A stretch of DNA of 64,000 nt from Eledone cirrhosa. Lineage: Eukaryota. Within the stretch, counting starts at the first letter, position 1. Every line of letters starts with the position of its first letter. A program made the translations under genes and the position numbers. The notes under the pieces were generated by a model that worked only from the letters and a program-made list of their open reading frames with translations, was not told the origin of the DNA and searched no databases. The stretch covers positions 186,186,001 to 186,250,000 of the forward strand of contig OZ024740.1 of the NCBI GenBank assembly GCA_964016885.1. The letters run 5' to 3'. Below, piece by piece: positions 51,291 to 64,000 of the stretch.

Positions 51291-51636
51291 ATTTGTGTGT
51301 GTGCGTGTGTGTGTGTATGGGTATGCGTGTGCGTATGTATAAGTGTGTGCTCATGTATATATGTATGCGTAGGTGACAATTCCCTCTCTAGAGTATTTTC
51401 GATGAGGCGCGTGAATGGTGTCATCTATTTTATTAGTATCCATTGTACCGAATAGAATTATTCACGACTCGCATTCATTTCTTTGTGTTACATGCACTTA
51501 TTATTATTTCATTGCGTGATACTGTCAACCATATATGTGAATGACACCTTTAGTTTGGTAGTATCACGACATAATGAATAGATCTTCAGTACATCAAACT
51601 AAAATAGGTACTTAAACGAGCTGTTTATGAAGTATA

Positions 51637-51758
<122 letters not shown>

Positions 51759-51949
51759 TGTGTGTGTGTGTGTCCCATTTGTCATGTAAGTCGTTAGATG
51801 TGTGCGTGTGTGTGGTTTGAAATTACCTTATTTTCATCCTGTAATATATTCTGGGCAGATCAATGATAACTAAATTGACTTCCATGTGTAGGTTTGTGTT
51901 TCGTATACGTATGTAAGTATGTGACAATGTATAAGTATATATATATAAC

Positions 51950-52945
51950 ATTTCAAAAGGACGCGGTTATAGGGTTTGACGCAGGGGTTACCTACGTCGT
52001 TAGGAAATCTTTCCTTTAACTGTTTATGTGTGTCCATGGAGATCCTAATCATTTAAAGATTATGATTCGCCGCAGAGTGTGTAAAAGTTTTCCCTTCGGT
52101 CTACACCGAAGGGTTTTTATATATGGTGTATGTTAAAGTTGTATTGTTAGTATTTATGTAGGTGTAACATTTTTGTTGTGTTGTGTTGCTTTTTTTCTGT
52201 GGTTCTTGTGTGTGTTTACGTTTTGTAGTAGGTGTTTTGTTTTCAGGAGTGGGTGTTTTTGTTTGTGCTGTTTGCGTCGCTTGTATTGGTGTTTGTATGT
52301 TTGTTGCATTTTTGTTTGTGTTATGTCGTTTCTTTTTTCTTTTTACTGGTCGGAAAGGCTCTCCCTCACCGTCACTGGGGGACGATGATGAGGCCTCATC
52401 CGTGTTGTTGGGGACGGGAAAATGTTGAGGAGCTGTTATGTGTGTGGGTGTTTCTGGAGTTGTTTTAGGTGGGGAGGGGTTGGGTGGGACTGTGTTTGTA
52501 GTTTGGTTTGTTTTTGTGTGTTGTTGTTGTTGTTGTTGTTGTTGTGGTGGTGGTGGTGGTGGTGGTTGTGTTGTTGTGTTGGGTGTCGGCAGTAGTGCCT
52601 TTTTTTTCAATGCAGTTAATTGAGGACAGGAAGCCCTCAGGTGACCACTGCTTAAACAGTGGTAACATGAAGGCCGCCTACCCTCAACAGAAATGTTTAT
52701 GTAGGAATTTCCATCCAGAGGCACACGTTGTGGTATTCTAGCTATCCGTTCTGTTCTCATTTGGACCAAAACTTCTAAGTTTGTACCGTTGAATATGCCC
52801 CTGGAGGACTTTCCTACCGAAATTATTGTGTCTTCATCAAAATTGATGAAACCAGCTATTATCCACCAGATGTTTACATATGGTGTGATGTTTGTTATTT
52901 TTATGGTTTGGGTCCATTTTCCCATATATGTGGGGGGAAAGGTGT

Positions 52946-52977
<32 letters not shown>

Positions 52978-53963
52978 AACACACAATTGGCGACACAGAA
53001 TATTTCTGTGCCGTCAATTGGTCTTTCATTATTATTGATAAACTCCCGAAGAGTTTTCCCTTCTGTATGAAGGTAATATCATTCATGGAGTTTCTTAGAA
53101 CCAACTCAATTTCGTTTTGAGTGAATTGAGCTGGTTTTCTGGTGGTATTTGAGATTGTCCTAAAAACTATGGTCTTCAGAACAGTGTCTCTCTGCTATTC
53201 TTGGGGTGAAGTGATGCTAAAAGCGCCCTTCTCCCCAAAAGTTATATATTACTTGGCATCTCTTAGCAATTCTCCGCATTAGAGATGTCAATCTGTGTAT
53301 ATAGTTCTGTATTTTGGACAGTTTGTGCAAACGAGACCTTTATTTTCCTTGTTTGTGGAGTTGTTCTTGTTGGTGTTGTTGTCATTATTGTTGCTGCTGT
53401 TGGTGTTGTTGTCATCATTGTTGCTGTTGTTGTTGTTGTTGTCATTGTTGTCGTTGTTGTTGTTGTTTTTGTAGTTGTCTCAATTGCTTGATCTGTGGTT
53501 GCAGAATTCATTTGTGAAGTTTTATTTTCGTTCATAGCATTGTTGTTATTGTTGTTGCTGGTGCCGCTGGTTATGTTGTTTTGATTTGTTGCCATGGCAA
53601 CATCAAGTTGTCGGTCAGCAAGTGGAGACAATTCTACCTCTGGCTGACCTTTGTCGTTGACATCTGCTACTATAACAGTGGCAGGGGGAAGCTGTAAGCA
53701 TATCTTCCCCTTTCCTCCTTCGAATGTTGGTGAAGAAACTTTAGCCATTTTTTTTTTAAATGGTAGCTTTTCCCCCTTAAAAAAAGAACTTTTTATATAC
53801 TATTTCGCCTAAAGGCGTAGAATATTTTGAGAGACTGACCAGATCAAAATTTGACCTGGCAGTCCCTCTACAAGTTGATATAAAAATGAATGTTCACAGT
53901 TAGTAATTTCGATAAAAATTTAGGCAGAACTTACCCAGCAAGTTTCACGCGTGTGTCCATCCC

Positions 53964-53964
<1 letters not shown>
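51950..53964 (-). mobile_element. Divergent Tx1/L1-type LINE, 5'UTR plus disrupted ORF1 only
   Basis: VSFAQ, TIVFRTIS, PTYMG, ISVEGRRPSCYHCLSSGHLRASC and QLKERFPNDVG align with ORF1 at 39697. The 5' end abuts (GATA)n. Confidence 0.88.
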
Positions 53965-54053
<89 letters not shown>

Positions 54054-54076
54054 GTAGATAGATAGATTAGTAGAAG

Positions 54077-54110
<34 letters not shown>

Positions 54111-54117
54111 AAGATAA
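53965..54117. repeat. (GATA)n microsatellite; a second tract lies at 54397-54454
   Basis: Direct reading. Confidence 0.95.
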
Positions 54118-54395
54118 GTTTCTATTTATTTGCCACGAGGGCACAAAAGAAGGGGACACATACAAGGGGGGAGTTTACATAAAGGAGCGAGTAAAAAAAA
54201 AATAACATAAAATTAACATACAGTCCTCAATAGGGAAGAGGCGTTTTGGGGGTTACACACAACCCCGAAAAAGTGTGCAACACTTTTCCTTAGGAGCACA
54301 GAGAGGGGGTACTCCTTTGCACTTCCACCTTTCCACCTACAGGCTGATAAAGAGAGAAGGCCCATTCACACGGGCCATTCTCGCTACTTTCACCC

Positions 54396-54396
<1 letters not shown>
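54118..54396 (-). mobile_element. 5'-truncated 3' end of a related Tx1/L1-type LINE embedded in (TATC)n
   Basis: WVKVARMARVNGPSLFISL* matches the ORF2 end WVREARMARVNGPTLSIYL*. The tail is gccctcgtggcaaataaatagaaac followed by (TATC)n. Confidence 0.85.
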
Positions 54397-54455
<59 letters not shown>

Positions 54456-55207
54456 GTTGGTCCACATAAATATATAGATACATACATAGAAGTATTGAAA
54501 TTAAACCCAAATCTAAACATCGAAACACACACAGTAACGAAGTTCTCCATCAACAGCAGCAGCAGCAGTTTGTGCAGCGGTACGAGGCGGTTGCCAATGA
54601 TGTTGCAGAAGCAGTAGTATTGGTGAGGTGCAAATGACAATAAGATTTGTGTTTAACTCAATTCCAGAACATTTGTCAGTGTTGTACAATCGATTTTAAC
54701 TTCAATCCAATTTATTACAGGTGTTTTTATTTTATTATATCAACGAATTAAGGAAAAAGAGGTAAAAATATTTTTCAGAACTAAACACATATATTTAAAC
54801 ACCACGAGGTGAATTTCTTATGACACCTTAAATTTTCTTCTATGCTATCTTAAGAATTATATGGTCAAGATAGATGTTTGGATGTCCTCCACTTTTGTTA
54901 ATTCACAGACTTTGGGAAATAATGTCATTAATAATTGTATATGTACATAATGATCTTTTAATCAGTTCAGACAATATAGAAGATCAATGAATATCCTACT
55001 TTAGATAAAACAAAGTTCATATGAACACGTATTTAGTTAAACTTATGAACGTCACTAAATATATTTTACTGATGCAGACTACCTCGTTTCCTCTGGTTCT
55101 GTTTTACTTCATGTATATTTGTATTATATAAGATAACGGTAACGTTCAAAGATTAGCCTCCTTTCACTGTGTCTATTTTCAACAAGATAAATGATATTTT
55201 GTTACAG

Positions 55208-55410
55208 TAAAGTCGTATTGATTTCTGTTGCTGATACTACATTCATTATTGTATTGGCGCCAACTAGGGAAGTAGCAATCAAATCGTCCTCAAATCACAA
55301 AATACATATTTTTATCATGGAATTATGGGTACACTCTTCCTGGAGAACTACTAGATGGCCATGGTTAAAAATGCCTTTCGTTATACCTTCTTCATCATGG
55401 ATAATTCGAG
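55208..55410 (+). pseudogene. Possible decayed DEAD-box helicase fragment
   Basis: IIVLAPTREVA (motif Ia), then TLPGELLD (Ib-like) and FFIMDNS (II-like) in other frames. The spacing is shortened. Confidence 0.4.
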
Positions 55411-56929
55411 GTTAAAAAGCAACAACTACATATTAGACAATACACTTTATTCTAGGCGCCTATTTTTATTATGGTGAGGTGGCTCTATTTCTGTTAGTCT
55501 GGAAATGTAAAATATAAATACATATAAATTACATTATTTGCAATTGACAAATCATGTATTAATTACGATATACAATTTGAGATGATGCTGTGAACATTTT
55601 CATAACATTTCTCTATATACCTATACCTTGTGTGTGAGTGAGTGTGAATATATGTGTGTTTTCAGGCTATATGAATTGCAAACAGATAAATAGTTGAGAC
55701 GAAATCAGAAGAAAAAAAAAGTGTTCAGTATTCAATGAAAGACTACTTTTGTCATCGCCAGTCAACTTTCAGCGTTTCAATTTGATGAAACACACATCTC
55801 AGCACGTTTGACGTCACACTAAATTTGCAATGTCACACTGACATTCATTCACGTTATGTTGCGTTTTCCCAGCCTCTTATATATATTTTTGTTTTGTTTT
55901 TATTCTTCATTATCTTTATTGTTCACTCACTACTTTGAATAGAAGATACCAGATGTATGTAGATTACCTTTCATCTCACAGTTAAACTTTGCATCATAGA
56001 AATGAAATGACTAAGCTTGATCACGACTTGAAGTCTCCTATAAACGTTTTATTGTATATTTAAACAATACACTTTGTTCTAGGCGCCTCATTTCATTTAC
56101 ACGACGAAAAAAGATATCAAATGATATGCAGATATTATCTAGGAAGCACTAATATCTTACTCAGAGTATTAATTTCTTATATGTTTCATACAATAAGACC
56201 GTAGTTATTTTTCTCATATGTCTAGGAAAGTGATTTCATGAAATCATAGTGCTTTTAAGGTGAGGCGCCACATGTACTGAAACACATGTACTACAACACG
56301 TGTTCTCAGGATACTATTCCCTCAACGCAGTGCGGAGAAACACAAAATTAAAAAAAGATGAACAGAAACCAAAATAACAGCAGCTTTTATAATATCTATA
56401 GTATCAAATACTACGCTAGGGATGTACATCATCAATTAGGAAGATAGTGAAGCTTTAATTGTCAATCCCGACCGAGTGCACCACTCCTCTTTTTTGCTTT
56501 TACCAGGAAATGACTGCTCTGTTGGGAAATACATAATGTCATATACAACCAGATTAACTGTTAAGAACATACGCGCCTCTGGTTACAAACCCATGGTAAA
56601 GAGACCACCGCATAATGTTTTATACCATCAAATATATGTAGATGGATTTGTATTTATTTATTCGTATATTCATTCATTAACTCGTTTAATTATTTTATTC
56701 TTATATTGTTTCCAGTCGATAGATTTCGGTCATGCTAGGGCACATATTCAAGAGTTTCGCTCTTTTATATCGAACTCCGTATTTTGTCAGGTACTTATTT
56801 TATAGCCATCGTAAATGGACCGGCACAGTTAACCGAGTTTAAAAGGGAGACAAGTGAGACTGAATATCTAAGATACACTATTGTTTTATATATGCTGCTT
56901 AACCCGAGGTTAGGATTGATAAAGCAAAC

Positions 56930-57030
56930 CTATACGTTACTGATACTTTATTTTGTCGATACCGTAAGGATGAAAGGCAAAGCTAACTTAGGAGGGATTG
57001 GAAATCAGTGTTTAAAGGGCCATACCTATA
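56930..57030 (-). mobile_element. SINE family A fragment
   Basis: tactttattttgtcga..ggatgaaaggcaaagctaac. Confidence 0.7.
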
Positions 57031-57044
57031 GGTAGGCACCCATA

Positions 57045-58552
57045 TTGTCCTTGAATTTTTCTAGGTGAGCGTCCAGCATATGGAGTTTAAGCGACATCCT
57101 GCATCCCAGTGCGCCAAAAGCCTTTATCAGATCCTGGACTAGTTGCTGGTAGTTTTCAGCTCTGTAGTTGCCCAGGAAGCCCTTAACAACTGCCTTGAAA
57201 CAGTTCCATGCTGTTCTCTCAATCCTACTGAGCTTATCGGAGAACTCGGTAGAGGTCCAACAAAAATTCCACCTTTGATTTTGGCCTCAGATAACTTGGG
57301 GAAGAACTCCAGAAGGTACTTAAAAGTGGTTGATTCTTGGTTGAGAGCCTTCACAAACTGCTTCATGAACCCCCAACTTAATGTGCAGCATGAATATAAT
57401 CCTGGGATCAACCAGTGGCTCCCACATAACGTTCCGAGTCCCAACTACAAACTATGTTCGCTTCTCCCATTTATTTCTTTTGTAGTGGTCAGAGGTGGCT
57501 CTGCTGTCCCAAAGGCAGAGGAAGCATTGGAATTTGATAAGGCCTCCTTGGAGTCCAAGCAGGAAAGCCACCATCTTGAAGTCTCCAATGATTTCCCAAT
57601 TGTACTGGTTGTATTGCAGAGCTTCCAAGAGGACTTTCACACTGTAGTAATCTTCCTTCAGGCAGACTGAATCAGCTAGGGGCAGTGTCGGGAACTTGTT
57701 TCTATTGTGGAGGAGGACAGCCTTCAAACTTGTGGTGGAGCTGTCTATAAATAGCCGCTACTCCTTGGGCACAAACAGCACCCCAATAACGTCAAACAGT
57801 CCAGGTACGTCATGGCAGAAGCAAAGGTCATCGCTAAGAGTGTAAAAGCCTGAGAAAAGTTCGTGTCGACTTCTCTGACTTGTCACCTGCACTTCCTCCT
57901 TGACCAATTCTACTGCTTCATCCTGAAGAGGAATAGCTCTGCATTGGACTTGGTCAGACCCATATCCCTGACCAAGTCATTGACGTCTTTTTGGTTTGGG
58001 AAGTGAGGAACAGTTTCTGGTACCTCAGGCAGGTAATCCAAGTCCTCAGCATCCATCTCCTCCTCTTCATCAGAATACTTGTCTTGGAAAATAAATTTGA
58101 TATGCAAAACAAAATAAATATTGGAAAGGGAAATACATATTTAAATAATATAAAAGAACACTAATCATACTAATGAAAATTCGTGCCTAAAACACAACTT
58201 ACCCTTTATTCAGGGTGCGAAAATCCAGTATCAATAAATCTCTTTAATCCACTTTTTAACGATTTTATACTTTATTGCACTTTTATAATTTTCTTTAGGT
58301 ATTACTCTTTATTTTATAATTTTAATTTAACCTGAAACATATATAAAAACATCATTTAACATAAGCAAATTAAACTTACATACAACGTAAAATCCAGCAT
58401 ACAAATAATTCTAGTAAATAGCTTAGAATTTTTACAAACCCAAACTTTTAACTGTTTAATAGCACTTTTTTTTTATTTATTTGGGACCTAAGCAACACAA
58501 AAAAATGATCACAAGCCAGGAACAGAGACAAACATTTTTTTGTTACACGGTG
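57045..58552 (-). mobile_element. Chapaev3-like (CMC superfamily) DNA transposon remnant
   Basis: RLFIDSS..SLKAVLLHN, GDFKMV..LLGLQGG..K..CFLCLWDSRA, LHIKLG.MKQFVKA, KLSEAKIK.GIFVGP and GCRMSLKLH. One terminus reads 5'-CACCGTGTAACAAA at 58552. Confidence 0.8.
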
Positions 58553-60480
58553 TAATGAAATCGGTTCCAGTCACCAGATCAACTCTTGATTAATTTTGTT
58601 ATCGTGTAGTATTTATCAAAGATTGCATTATCTAATGTTATATATTTTTTAAACAGTTGAATGGTGTGACCTCGGAGAGATGTGGATGCTAATTCTAACA
58701 GGCTGAAGTATTATGTAGAGATCCCTTTATGCCAAGTGTACTCCATTATCATGTTTTATTTTGTTACTCTCATTAGTCAGCTTAACAGCCTGGACCTTTT
58801 CATAGTTTTAGAAAGCTAGATGTCTAAATTATTTTTCTGTTTCATAATTGTTACATTCCACTTCTCATATTTTTAATGTTCTAGCGTAATTTCTCTTACA
58901 ATATACACTTAATCAGCATTTACGATGTAATCACCACAGAGGACATTTGCCATTTTTCGATATATTTCGTATTTAATTAATTTATGTCTGGAAACTTTAG
59001 ATCTGTTTCTATAGTTTCCATTCTTTAAGGTCGAACATGGTGGTCCCAATAGGTTATTAAGTGCGTGCTGTCTTGTTCAATTAAATATAGAGTACAATGT
59101 ATAGATGTAGAAAATGTGTTGGCCCCAGTATTCAAATAATATTGAAGCTGGTCTTAAAGACTTGGTATCTTAAATATTGTTATGCCTCTTTTGCAAATAA
59201 AAACTTCATTTTCTTTTATTAGAATGAATAACTTCAATATAGCAGACATGTATCTCTAATGTTATCCGTATTTTGTTAAAGAAACATTCTACACTATATA
59301 AATTCATATGTGCTGTATAGTTATATTCACGTCTTGGACTTTTATCGTTATATCATTATATATTTAACGCTACAATTTATTTGAACAAATCTTAAAGAAG
59401 GTTTTATTACTTTTAATGCATTCATAACTTGTACCAAATAAGTTTAGAAATTTGGAAAGTTTCAAACGCGCGTGCGTGGATTATTGAGTTGAATGTTTGT
59501 CTTTTATAAACAAGCCATAATATGAGACACATAAAGTGTAGATTATACATTTTACATACAACTTCACTTATTGTACATAATTATAATTTTAGATATGAAA
59601 GTCTTCACATGTATATTAATTACTGTCCCACTTGTTTTGATAAAACATTCATATATCTATTCTGTGTAGTAAGTATGTGTGTAGGAAGTAATGATTTATG
59701 GGATTTTGTTTTACCTTCACAAAGATATAATTATTCGTGATAATAATTGAATAATTTTAAAATGAAATATCCTTAATTATTCAATTTCTATGAGATTCAA
59801 CTTGCAAACTCGATCTTCAAATATATCTTTCTTAATAAGATAGTGCATCAGACAGACTAGGGAATTAAATCAAAATTGGTTTTGAAATCTTATTCAACTG
59901 AAATAAATGCATTCATTTTTATAAATTGATGTGGTTACATTGCAATTAATATAATTCAGTTTTCTTAAAACCTACTTGACCAGTAACATTCAGGTATCAT
60001 CTGAACGAAGCTAAAATATAATTATATAGGGTGATATTTTAATATATTAGAAGTATCATCTATTTGAGTCAAGATAATTATCTTTTGTATTACATTGATG
60101 TTTATGATATCTAATATAACTAAGTTCGAAATCTTAGATAAGTTCATTCAGAATTATATAAATCATTACATTTATTCCATTCTATATTATTTGTAACAAA
60201 TATGTCATATTCTTCTCTAGTCGAGATATACCTAATACATTTAATATTTTTGCCGATGCTAATTTTCACAGCGAATAAGATTAAATATATCTTAGCATAG
60301 TACTGATACGTATTTTCTCTACTCCAGAAAATAGAAAAATAAAATAGATTTCGATGACATCTGAACTCAGAAATAGAGGATGCAATTTGTTTGATAATTT
60401 ATAGTTTCAGTAACGCATAACATTTAATTTCACAATAATCTTACTGATGCGTATAGTTAGATATTGCGTACATGTTGTGT

Positions 60481-60718
60481 GAGGGCGCAGTGTCTAATGG
60501 TTAGTACGATCGTAATGTCGTCGGTTTGAATCCTGTGCTGTGTCCTTGTGGAAATCATTTTATTTCACGTTGCACCAGCACATTCCGCTGAGATGAGTAC
60601 CAGCAGTAGATCGGTGTCCTGTCCAGGGAGAGTCTTGTACTCTCACTTTCTTAGTGCCAAGGAAACCACGGATACGCACTGGCCTGATGAGGTTCCGACT
60701 TTAACTTAACTAACTTAA
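60481..60718 (+). mobile_element. tRNA-derived SINE family B (V/Meta-like central domain)
   Basis: A-box tgtctaatgg, B-box ggtttgaatcc, central gtcctgtccaggg..ggaaacc..ggcctgatgag, and a (CTTAA)n-like tail. Confidence 0.6.
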
Positions 60719-60761
60719 TATCTTGTGCAGAATTATATAAAAAAAGCAATAACAATATATA

Positions 60762-60925
60762 ATAATTGTTCTACATTTGGCTCAAGGCTGGCAATTTAAA
60801 GGGAAGGGGAAAGCCGACTAAATTGACACCCAGTGCGTTACTGGTACTTTATTTTATCGACCTCATAACGTTGAAAGGCAAAGCTAATCTTGGCGGGATT
60901 GGAAATCAGAGTGTAAAGGGCCATA
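60762..60925 (-). mobile_element. SINE family A
   Basis: ctggtacttttattttatcgac..gaaaggcaaagc. Confidence 0.75.
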
Positions 60926-61244
60926 ACTAAAACATATATAATAATGAAAATAATACTCAATAGGAAATATGTTAGAAGTTTTGTAAAAAATTCTAACATC
61001 GTTCAGTGATTCATTCTATGTTACAAATTCTTAGGAAATAAAAGATATTTGCAGGTGTGTGTGTGTGAGTACGTGTACGTATGTCTGTGTCGTTTACATA
61101 TATTTTTGGCTGTATACCCGTGCATGTGTAAAAATCGATACTTTACATCATACCTATTCTAAGCTTCAAATAAATAAACGTGTATTGTGTAACTTTTTCT
61201 TTTGCATCTCTATTTTTAAACGTAATATACTATTCATAATTATA

Positions 61245-61436
61245 TGTGGATTGGCAGTATCAGTAGAGGGTCGGACACCACGCTTTCCAGCATAGAGTTA
61301 CATCCCTTTACGGTCTGAGTTCAAATCTCGCTGAGGTTATATTTGTCTTTCATCCTTACGGAGTCGATAAAATAAAGTACCAGTAATGCACTGGAATAAT
61401 TGCTGGGCTTGTACCAGAAGTAGAAACAATTATTCA
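61245..61436 (+). mobile_element. SINE family A, near full length
   Basis: Colinear with 1677-1857. Confidence 0.85.
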
Positions 61437-62259
61437 TAATTATATAATACTTGCAACCTGTAAATGTTCAGTTATATTCTCTGTACTAGTAAATATTTGG
61501 TTAATGCATTCATTTCGAAGACGCTTGAAGACAGCAATTCGTACTCCCCGTCATATAGCCCGGCCGCATCTAACATTATTACAATTCCAATTGAGTTTGC
61601 TCTTCGGAGGTTGCTGGATTTATGCGACTTCCAGTCAGGAACACCCAAGTTACACACCACTCCTTCCATCACACATATTGTGTCCAATCTCAACTCCAAC
61701 ATGCCAGGCCTCGCACTGACCACGATGACCAGTTCGTCCTACTTAAATCCTAAGTCGGCTAGAACTGCCTGCTCGTGTTTCTTTCCCCAAACGAGAGAAC
61801 ATGTAAAATTTTAAACATTATACAAACGGCATTGATCTCTCCGATCTTGGTCTTGTCGGGACTGTGGGGTCCGGAGTCACTGCCTTTTCTTTCAGACTTA
61901 CCAAGTAAAAGTTAAAACTCTGTCGGATCGAATATAGCAAAAATTCTTGTGAAAAGCAAAAACAGCGTTCCTGTATGTCTGCATGAAGTAAAAGATAATT
62001 CGCAGTGTTTATATCTGTCTACCATTCCTTCCGCTTACTTCATGCCTCTCTTTGTAAGAATAAAGGGCATTAACGACACAATAGTAATAAAAGTAGTGTA
62101 TTAATAGTCTTCCTAAAGTAATATATTGGAAATTAGTGGAAATTAATGGAAATTCTCAAATGCGTATACTGTTGTTGTGTTTTTATTGCTTTTATTAGAA
62201 AGAATTTTGTTTCGTACCTTTGTTCTCATAATGAGTGAGATATTTGACTACCAACACAC

Positions 62260-62872
62260 CAGGAAAACGGGGAAAGTGTCGGCTCATTTAATTTATTTCT
62301 ATTGTTATGCTCAGTAAATTTAGAAAGCTAAAAATATTCTCGTTGTTTTTCGAGAGATGGATACATTTCCTATTATTTGACTGCAGTAGAGCTCTCTACA
62401 GTGGCTTAAGAATATTTCATGTTTTGTTACGTGTGACACATCTCGATAACTACTTCTAAAGAAGTTTTGGCTGTTCTTGCATCATAAATTAGCTCCATTT
62501 ATTCTAATGGACATACATCAAGGGCATTGGTATTGAGAAAATCCGATAGAATGCAAAGGCTGAAGCAGAAAATCACAGTCCTCTTTGGAAATGTCACTTA
62601 ATGCATGCATGCTCGAGCAAAATATTCAAAAGCTACGATATTGACTTGCTATTTTCTTGGTAACAAAGTATGTTCATGACGAAATGTAATATAAGAAATA
62701 ACTGGACATTAACTTCTTATATTCTTTCTTTCAAAGAAGTCAACTCTATTAACATGCTTTCATTCTACACTCAATGTGAGAAATGCTTCTCTGTACAGTT
62801 TGTATATATTTAAGTATGTGTTGGGGTGGGCTTTCTGTGTGCATGCAACATATGAGTTTATATGTATGTATG

Positions 62873-62937
<65 letters not shown>

Positions 62938-62965
62938 GGGTGCGTGCGAGCGTGTGAATGCACTA

Positions 62966-63039
<74 letters not shown>

Positions 63040-64000
63040 GCTGACCTGAATGAATGAATATTTTTATCTTTAAGTATGGAAAAGAACTCAAGTATTGTGA
63101 CTTTGTGAATTTCAAGTACAATAAAACCAAGGTAGCGTACAAAACACTTAATATTTAAGGCAGTCACTTAATGTCTTTTAAATAAGATTAATCTTCCGTA
63201 GCAAGAATGAAGCGAAAATAGTATTCGATTGCCTTTGTCAATTATTCATCATGAGTTTGAAGATATTAAAAGAAGTCAGGAGAAAGCCGATAGTGATGGA
63301 TAGGATACATAGGGAAAAACGTAAATGATTATACATTTAGCTAAACGCATTTACTTTCTTTCAATTGGCATTGCAAAATAAATCTGAACTCTATATTGCT
63401 ATTTCGACACAACGTTATTTTCTATACAAACTGTGAAAGGTTTTCTTCGTTTCCTCTTAGTCTTTATATTATTCGATAATACTCTATAAAACTCATTCTG
63501 TATAAAAGACTACATATAAGTATGATTTATACTGACCTTTTTCCGTGTATTACCATTAACATTTCTGTCCGGCAATATATTAGTGGAATCGATAAAATAG
63601 CTGACAAACGAACTCTGGTATTTTGGACCCCTACGTCCCATGTTCAAATCCCGCCGAACATAATTGTCAACTTTCCGGGATCTGTAAAATATGTACCGGT
63701 TAAAGACTATAGTATATTTATACCGTTTACTTCTAGTGTATGTGTGATCTATTTATATTGCAATTACCAGAGAGCGTGGGGTTCGCCGGGTTTAAATATC
63801 CAAGGCGTATGATGAAAAAAATGAGAACCAAATCTGTACAGGACCGGTCGCAACCCAGGATAACAATGACCGCGCCACATTGCAGCCATCTGTTTTCACT
63901 TTGGTGTCTAAAAAAAGCTACATTTTCCTCACACAATAACAAAGATTACTCTGTAGGAAGCATTTGTGCAAACGAGGCCACCGTATATGCTGACAGCTCC
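62260..64000 (-). pseudogene. Possible very old hAT/Charlie transposase remnants
   Basis: LCEENVAF..HQSENRWL (cf. LCEEM..H.EVRWL) near 63900; MYPSL and FS..RNKLN near 62300-62360. Confidence 0.3.

Noticed and set aside
54545-54640. QQQQQQFVQRYEAVANDVAEAVVL as a possible host exon
   Set aside because: No recognisable homology and no convincing acceptor site. It is built on a CAG repeat.
60685-60710. CTGATGAG resembling a hammerhead core
   Set aside because: There is no downstream stem II or GAAA. It is part of the SINE B body.
61560-61830. Possible CR1-type 3' remnant on the minus strand (IMFKILH, RTGH)
   Set aside because: The motifs are too short and decayed to support a call.

Overview
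AT-rich, microsatellite-dense animal (metazoan) DNA with no intact host gene that I can support. The SINE family and composition resemble octopod cephalopod DNA, which is an inference. The window is mostly stacked retroelements. (1) Five pieces of Tx1/L1-type LINEs: one near-intact at 39482-45511, one decayed full-length, one internally deleted, and two pieces of a divergent lineage. All retained ends abut (ATT)n or (TATC)n tracts. (2) Three Penelope-like element (PLE) lineages, plus many solo or inverted pseudo-LTRs. These carry type I hammerhead ribozyme (HHR) motifs from about eight unrelated sequence families, one with an atypical CAGAAGA core. (3) About ten copies of a tRNA-derived SINE whose 3' tail resembles the Tx1-like LINE tail. 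(4) Remnants of R4/Dong, RTE, CR1/L2-like, Chapaev3 and hAT elements. The most interesting observations are the HHR diversity, a microsatellite-targeting LINE/SINE system with two target specificities, and a candidate 53-nt intron that would fuse LINE ORF1 to ORF2 in frame. All structures were read by eye and none were computed. Most of the ORF track is microsatellite noise.
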